Program-made: the position numbers and the translations under genes | In this document: positions 24,563 through 26,766 of the stretch, piece by piece | Position numbering within the stretch: the first letter of the stretch is position 1 | How the letters are laid out: each line of letters opens with the position of its first letter | Virus record (IMG/VR): IMGVR_UViG_3300040856_002372 | Span: 1-26,766 of that record | From: a virus | Lineage: Duplodnaviria; Caudoviricetes | Length of the DNA stretch: 26,766 nt | Direction: 5' to 3' (one strand) | Notes under the pieces: model-generated | Told to the model about the DNA's origin: nothing | Database searches by the model: none | The model's input: the letters and a program-made list of their open reading frames with translations, nothing else

Positions 24563-24997
24563 ATGAACGAGCACGGTTTTATTAAAGCCGTGCATCGGCA
24601 TCTCTCACCTGAAGTGTATCGCTGGAAAATCCACGATACCTATACCGGCGGCGTCCCTGACGCTTTTTATATGGGACCCGCTGGTTCCCTTTGGGTTGAG
24701 TACAAATATGTCACATTGCCCAAAAGAAGCACTACGGTTGTCACCTTTGGCTTATCACAATTACAGATAGCCTGGTTGACAAAAGCCCAAATGTGCGGAC
24801 AATTAGCTGTGGTAATTGTCGGTTATGAGCGGTCAGCAGTGGTTGTGACAGATCCCCAGCTTTTTAAAGGCATGACAAAAACTCAGCTTCAAGATGAAGC
24901 GCTTTCCTTTCAATTAACTGCTAATTGGATAGAGAGTCACGTAATATCAAGAGGATATACCCGTGGCAACAAAAAACTTACCAATTGCAGTTCGTAA
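24563..24997 (+). CDS. VRR-NUC / Holliday-junction-resolvase-like PD-(D/E)XK nuclease
   Basis: MNE..F, GVPDAF, WVEYK, LSQLQIAW. Confidence 0.8.
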   Translation: MNEHGFIKAVHRHLSPEVYRWKIHDTYTGGVPDAFYMGPAGSLWVEYKYVTLPKRSTTVVTFGLSQLQIAWLTKAQMCGQLAVVIVGYERSAVVVTDPQLFKGMTKTQLQDEALSFQLTANWIESHVISRGYTRGNKKLTNCSS

Positions 24998-25559
24998 CCT
25001 TCGAAAAATATGGGACACCAAAAAAGACAAATTCGAAGTCACGCAAGTACAAGCAGCCAAAAAACTAGGCTGGACCCAAGGCGCGTTTAGTCAATACCTA
25101 AATAATCTTACAGAGCTACATGCTGACGCCGTCGCTAAGCTCGCTAACTTTTTAGAAGTTGATCCCCACGAAATTGATCCAAACTATAATCCCGTAGAAG
25201 CAGAGCGGTTCCGCGTGCCTGTTACTTGGGTACATGGCGGAACTTTACGTATCAGCGAAGAAGCACAATATCGGCGACGCGTTATTGGATCTGTATTTGA
25301 CGAACAATACCAAGCCGTATGCGGCGTCAGACTCGAAAAAGACTTACCGCCGATCGGCTATGCGGGCCAACTAATACTATGCTACGACTTAATAAAATGC
25401 CCTAAACCAAAACTTAGAACAGGTAGTCGTACTCCCCAGTGGCTAATAATCAAAAAGAAAAAAAGCAACTGTTTAGAAGTCGTTGAATGGGGCGATAAAA
25501 CACCCAAAAATCAACTAGATACAAAACTACTCCCAATCGTCTCATATTTAATTAACTAG
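24963..25559 (+). CDS. Cro/CI-type HTH transcriptional regulator (candidate repressor)
   Basis: NLRKIWDTKK...VTQVQAAKKLGWTQGAFSQYLN...KLANFLEVDPHEIDP resembles the lambda CI N-terminal domain. Confidence 0.8.
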   Translation: MATKNLPIAVRNLRKIWDTKKDKFEVTQVQAAKKLGWTQGAFSQYLNNLTELHADAVAKLANFLEVDPHEIDPNYNPVEAERFRVPVTWVHGGTLRISEEAQYRRRVIGSVFDEQYQAVCGVRLEKDLPPIGYAGQLILCYDLIKCPKPKLRTGSRTPQWLIIKKKKSNCLEVVEWGDKTPKNQLDTKLLPIVSYLIN

Positions 25560-25561
25560 TC

Positions 25562-25610
25562 TTGCATTAGCAAAAATTTTTGGTAATGTTTGCATATTAG
25601 CCTTTCTAAT
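25562..25610 (+). promoter_or_regulatory. Possible promoter (TTGCAT-N16-TAATGT with TG extension) followed by operator copy 9 (25596-25610, ATTAGCCTTTCTAAT)
   Basis: Intergenic and AT-rich; also contains the near-palindrome CATTAGCAAAAATTTTTGGTAATG (25565-25588). Confidence 0.6.
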
Positions 25611-25629
25611 AGATCTACATGAGGTAGCA

Positions 25630-25860
25630 ATGTCAGACGCAGTTCAGCGCCCTCCCCACTACAACAACGGCAGCATCGAGTGCATCACTGCAATCGAGGC
25701 GTCTATGTCTTTTGCTGAGTGGCAGGGCTATCTAAAAGGCAACTGCATGAAGTACCTATGGCGTTACCAATACAAAGGTAAACCTCTTGAAGATTTACAA
25801 AAGGCTAAGTGGTACTTAGAAAAACTAATAAACGCCCAGGAGGAAGAAGATGGGTTTTAA
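25630..25860 (+). CDS. DUF3310-family protein (T7 gp1.7 / SaV-like)
   Basis: DAVQRPPHY...IECI.AI...GYLKGNCMKYLWRY..KG...EDLQKAKWYL. Confidence 0.88.
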   Translation: MSDAVQRPPHYNNGSIECITAIEASMSFAEWQGYLKGNCMKYLWRYQYKGKPLEDLQKAKWYLEKLINAQEEEDGF

Positions 25861-25975
25861 CACAATAGAAAACTGGCTAAATGGGTCAGGCGATTCAGGA
25901 TATCCAATAAACGTCGGATTTTACACCCAAAACCACGGACCTTGGTTTATAGAAATTCGTGGAGGTAAATACTAA
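25850..25975 (+). CDS. Small hypothetical protein (41 aa)
   Basis: AGGAGGA upstream; overlaps both neighbours (TAATG coupling downstream). Confidence 0.45.
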   Translation: MGFNTIENWLNGSGDSGYPINVGFYTQNHGPWFIEIRGGKY

Positions 25976-26193
25976 TGGAACAGCTTTTAGTACAGAAATA
26001 CGGTCCACTCATGGACCTGCCAGAAGTAGCTGAGCTGTTTAAGCTTGAGCCTAAATCAATTTACCAACAAATTTATCGGGGCAAACTTGATGTGCCGCAC
26101 ATCAAGCACGGGAAAAAATACTTATTCCCTACACCCGAAGTAGCTAGTTACTTGGAATCCAAAATTACTAACTACCCACCGTCTGCTCTTTAG
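25975..26193 (+). CDS. Excisionase-like HTH DNA-binding protein
   Basis: LMDLPEVAELFKL...SIYQQI.RG.L...IKHGKKYLF...EV..YL fits the MerR/Xis-type wHTH; abuts the integrase. Confidence 0.75.
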   Translation: MEQLLVQKYGPLMDLPEVAELFKLEPKSIYQQIYRGKLDVPHIKHGKKYLFPTPEVASYLESKITNYPPSAL

Positions 26194-26766
26194 CAGCCAG
26201 CACCTCACCAGGCTTTAACTGTGTGTAGCGCTTTAAGGTGTCCCAAGACTTGTGCCCGGACACCAGCGCTACTTGCTCTATAGACAGACCACTCTCAAAC
26301 AACCGACTACAAGCTTCATGTCGAAGGTCATGAAAATGCAAATCCCCGCAGCCCGCCAGCTGTGCTACATCCGCAAACTTATCTGACACAGCACCAGCAG
26401 TAGCCACCTGGCAAAAGACTCTTCCCCGCTGCTTGCTGCATAACCATAAACCATGAAGCAAGGACCATGTCTCGTGGAACATGGGGATTGTTTCATCGTT
26501 GCCCTCCTTCTCGTGAGGATCTTTGCGATCTCGGATAGTTAATGTGCGATTCTCAAAGTCCACGTCTTCCCACGTCTGCCGATGAATCTCCCCCAGACGC
26601 ATAGCGTTGTGGACGGCAATAACAATGAAGTGTGAGATCCAGTGCCCTTTGGCTGCTTCCATAAGTTTTTCGTACTCACCAGAGGCAAGCCTCCGTGCAC
26701 GCTTGCGACTAGGACCCACCAACTTCATCTTAGCGAGGGCGTAGCGCGCGTCTCTCACGGGGTTTG
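26168..26766 (-). CDS. int: Tyrosine recombinase/integrase, C-terminal catalytic domain (5' end outside the window)
   Basis: AMRLGE (Arg), K, HFHDLRH (HxxR), SGH and KRY catalytic Tyr. Confidence 0.93.
   Translation of the reverse strand, partial: NPVRDARYALAKMKLVGPSRKRARRLASGEYEKLMEAAKGHWISHFIVIAVHNAMRLGEIHRQTWEDVDFENRTLTIRDRKDPHEKEGNDETIPMFHETWSLLHGLWLCSKQRGRVFCQVATAGAVSDKFADVAQLAGCGDLHFHDLRHEACSRLFESGLSIEQVALVSGHKSWDTLKRYTQLKPGEVLAAKEQTVGS

Noticed and set aside
1341-25976. Additional operator candidates at 1342, 4510, 20356 and 25962
   Set aside because: Only one half-site matches ATTAG-N5-CTAAT, so they were not counted.
1-26766. tRNA/rRNA genes, reverse transcriptase (DGR or retron), IS elements, attP core
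   Set aside because: I recognised no cloverleaf, RT motifs, transposase or att-like repeat by eye. attP may lie beyond the right edge, and tRNAscan/Infernal would be needed to exclude RNAs formally.

Overview
A 26.8-kb segment of a temperate dsDNA tailed phage, probably podovirus-like (P22-type portal). The host is probably a Gammaproteobacterium, inferred from CsrA-like and SutA-like genes. Leftward (minus strand, 1-5395): acidic scaffold-like protein (partial), portal, large and small terminase, a small hypothetical and an HNH-like protein. Transcription switches strand at about 5.5 kb. Rightward: about 25 small early ORFs, an origin-like intergenic element (6831-7114), an AAA ATPase / Nmad5-like / metallopeptidase-VWA trio, and a replication module. 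That module holds a SutA-like ORF, family A DNA polymerase, CsrA-like protein, primase-helicase, PD-(D/E)XK nuclease, a repeat lipoprotein, SNF2-type helicase, putative SSB, VRR-NUC-like nuclease, HTH repressor, DUF3310 protein and excisionase-like HTH. It ends convergently on the C-terminus of a tyrosine integrase. Three cis-element layers are not explained by the genes: (1) nine copies of a 15-bp palindrome ATTAG-N5-CTAAT at gene starts, several overlapping sigma70-like promoters; (2) at least 17 tracts of CATG-cored heptamers in strict 7-bp phase, in both intergenic and coding DNA; (3) eleven 9-bp iteron-like repeats in two opposed arrays around an AT-rich core. All product calls come from motif recognition by eye; no database search was run.
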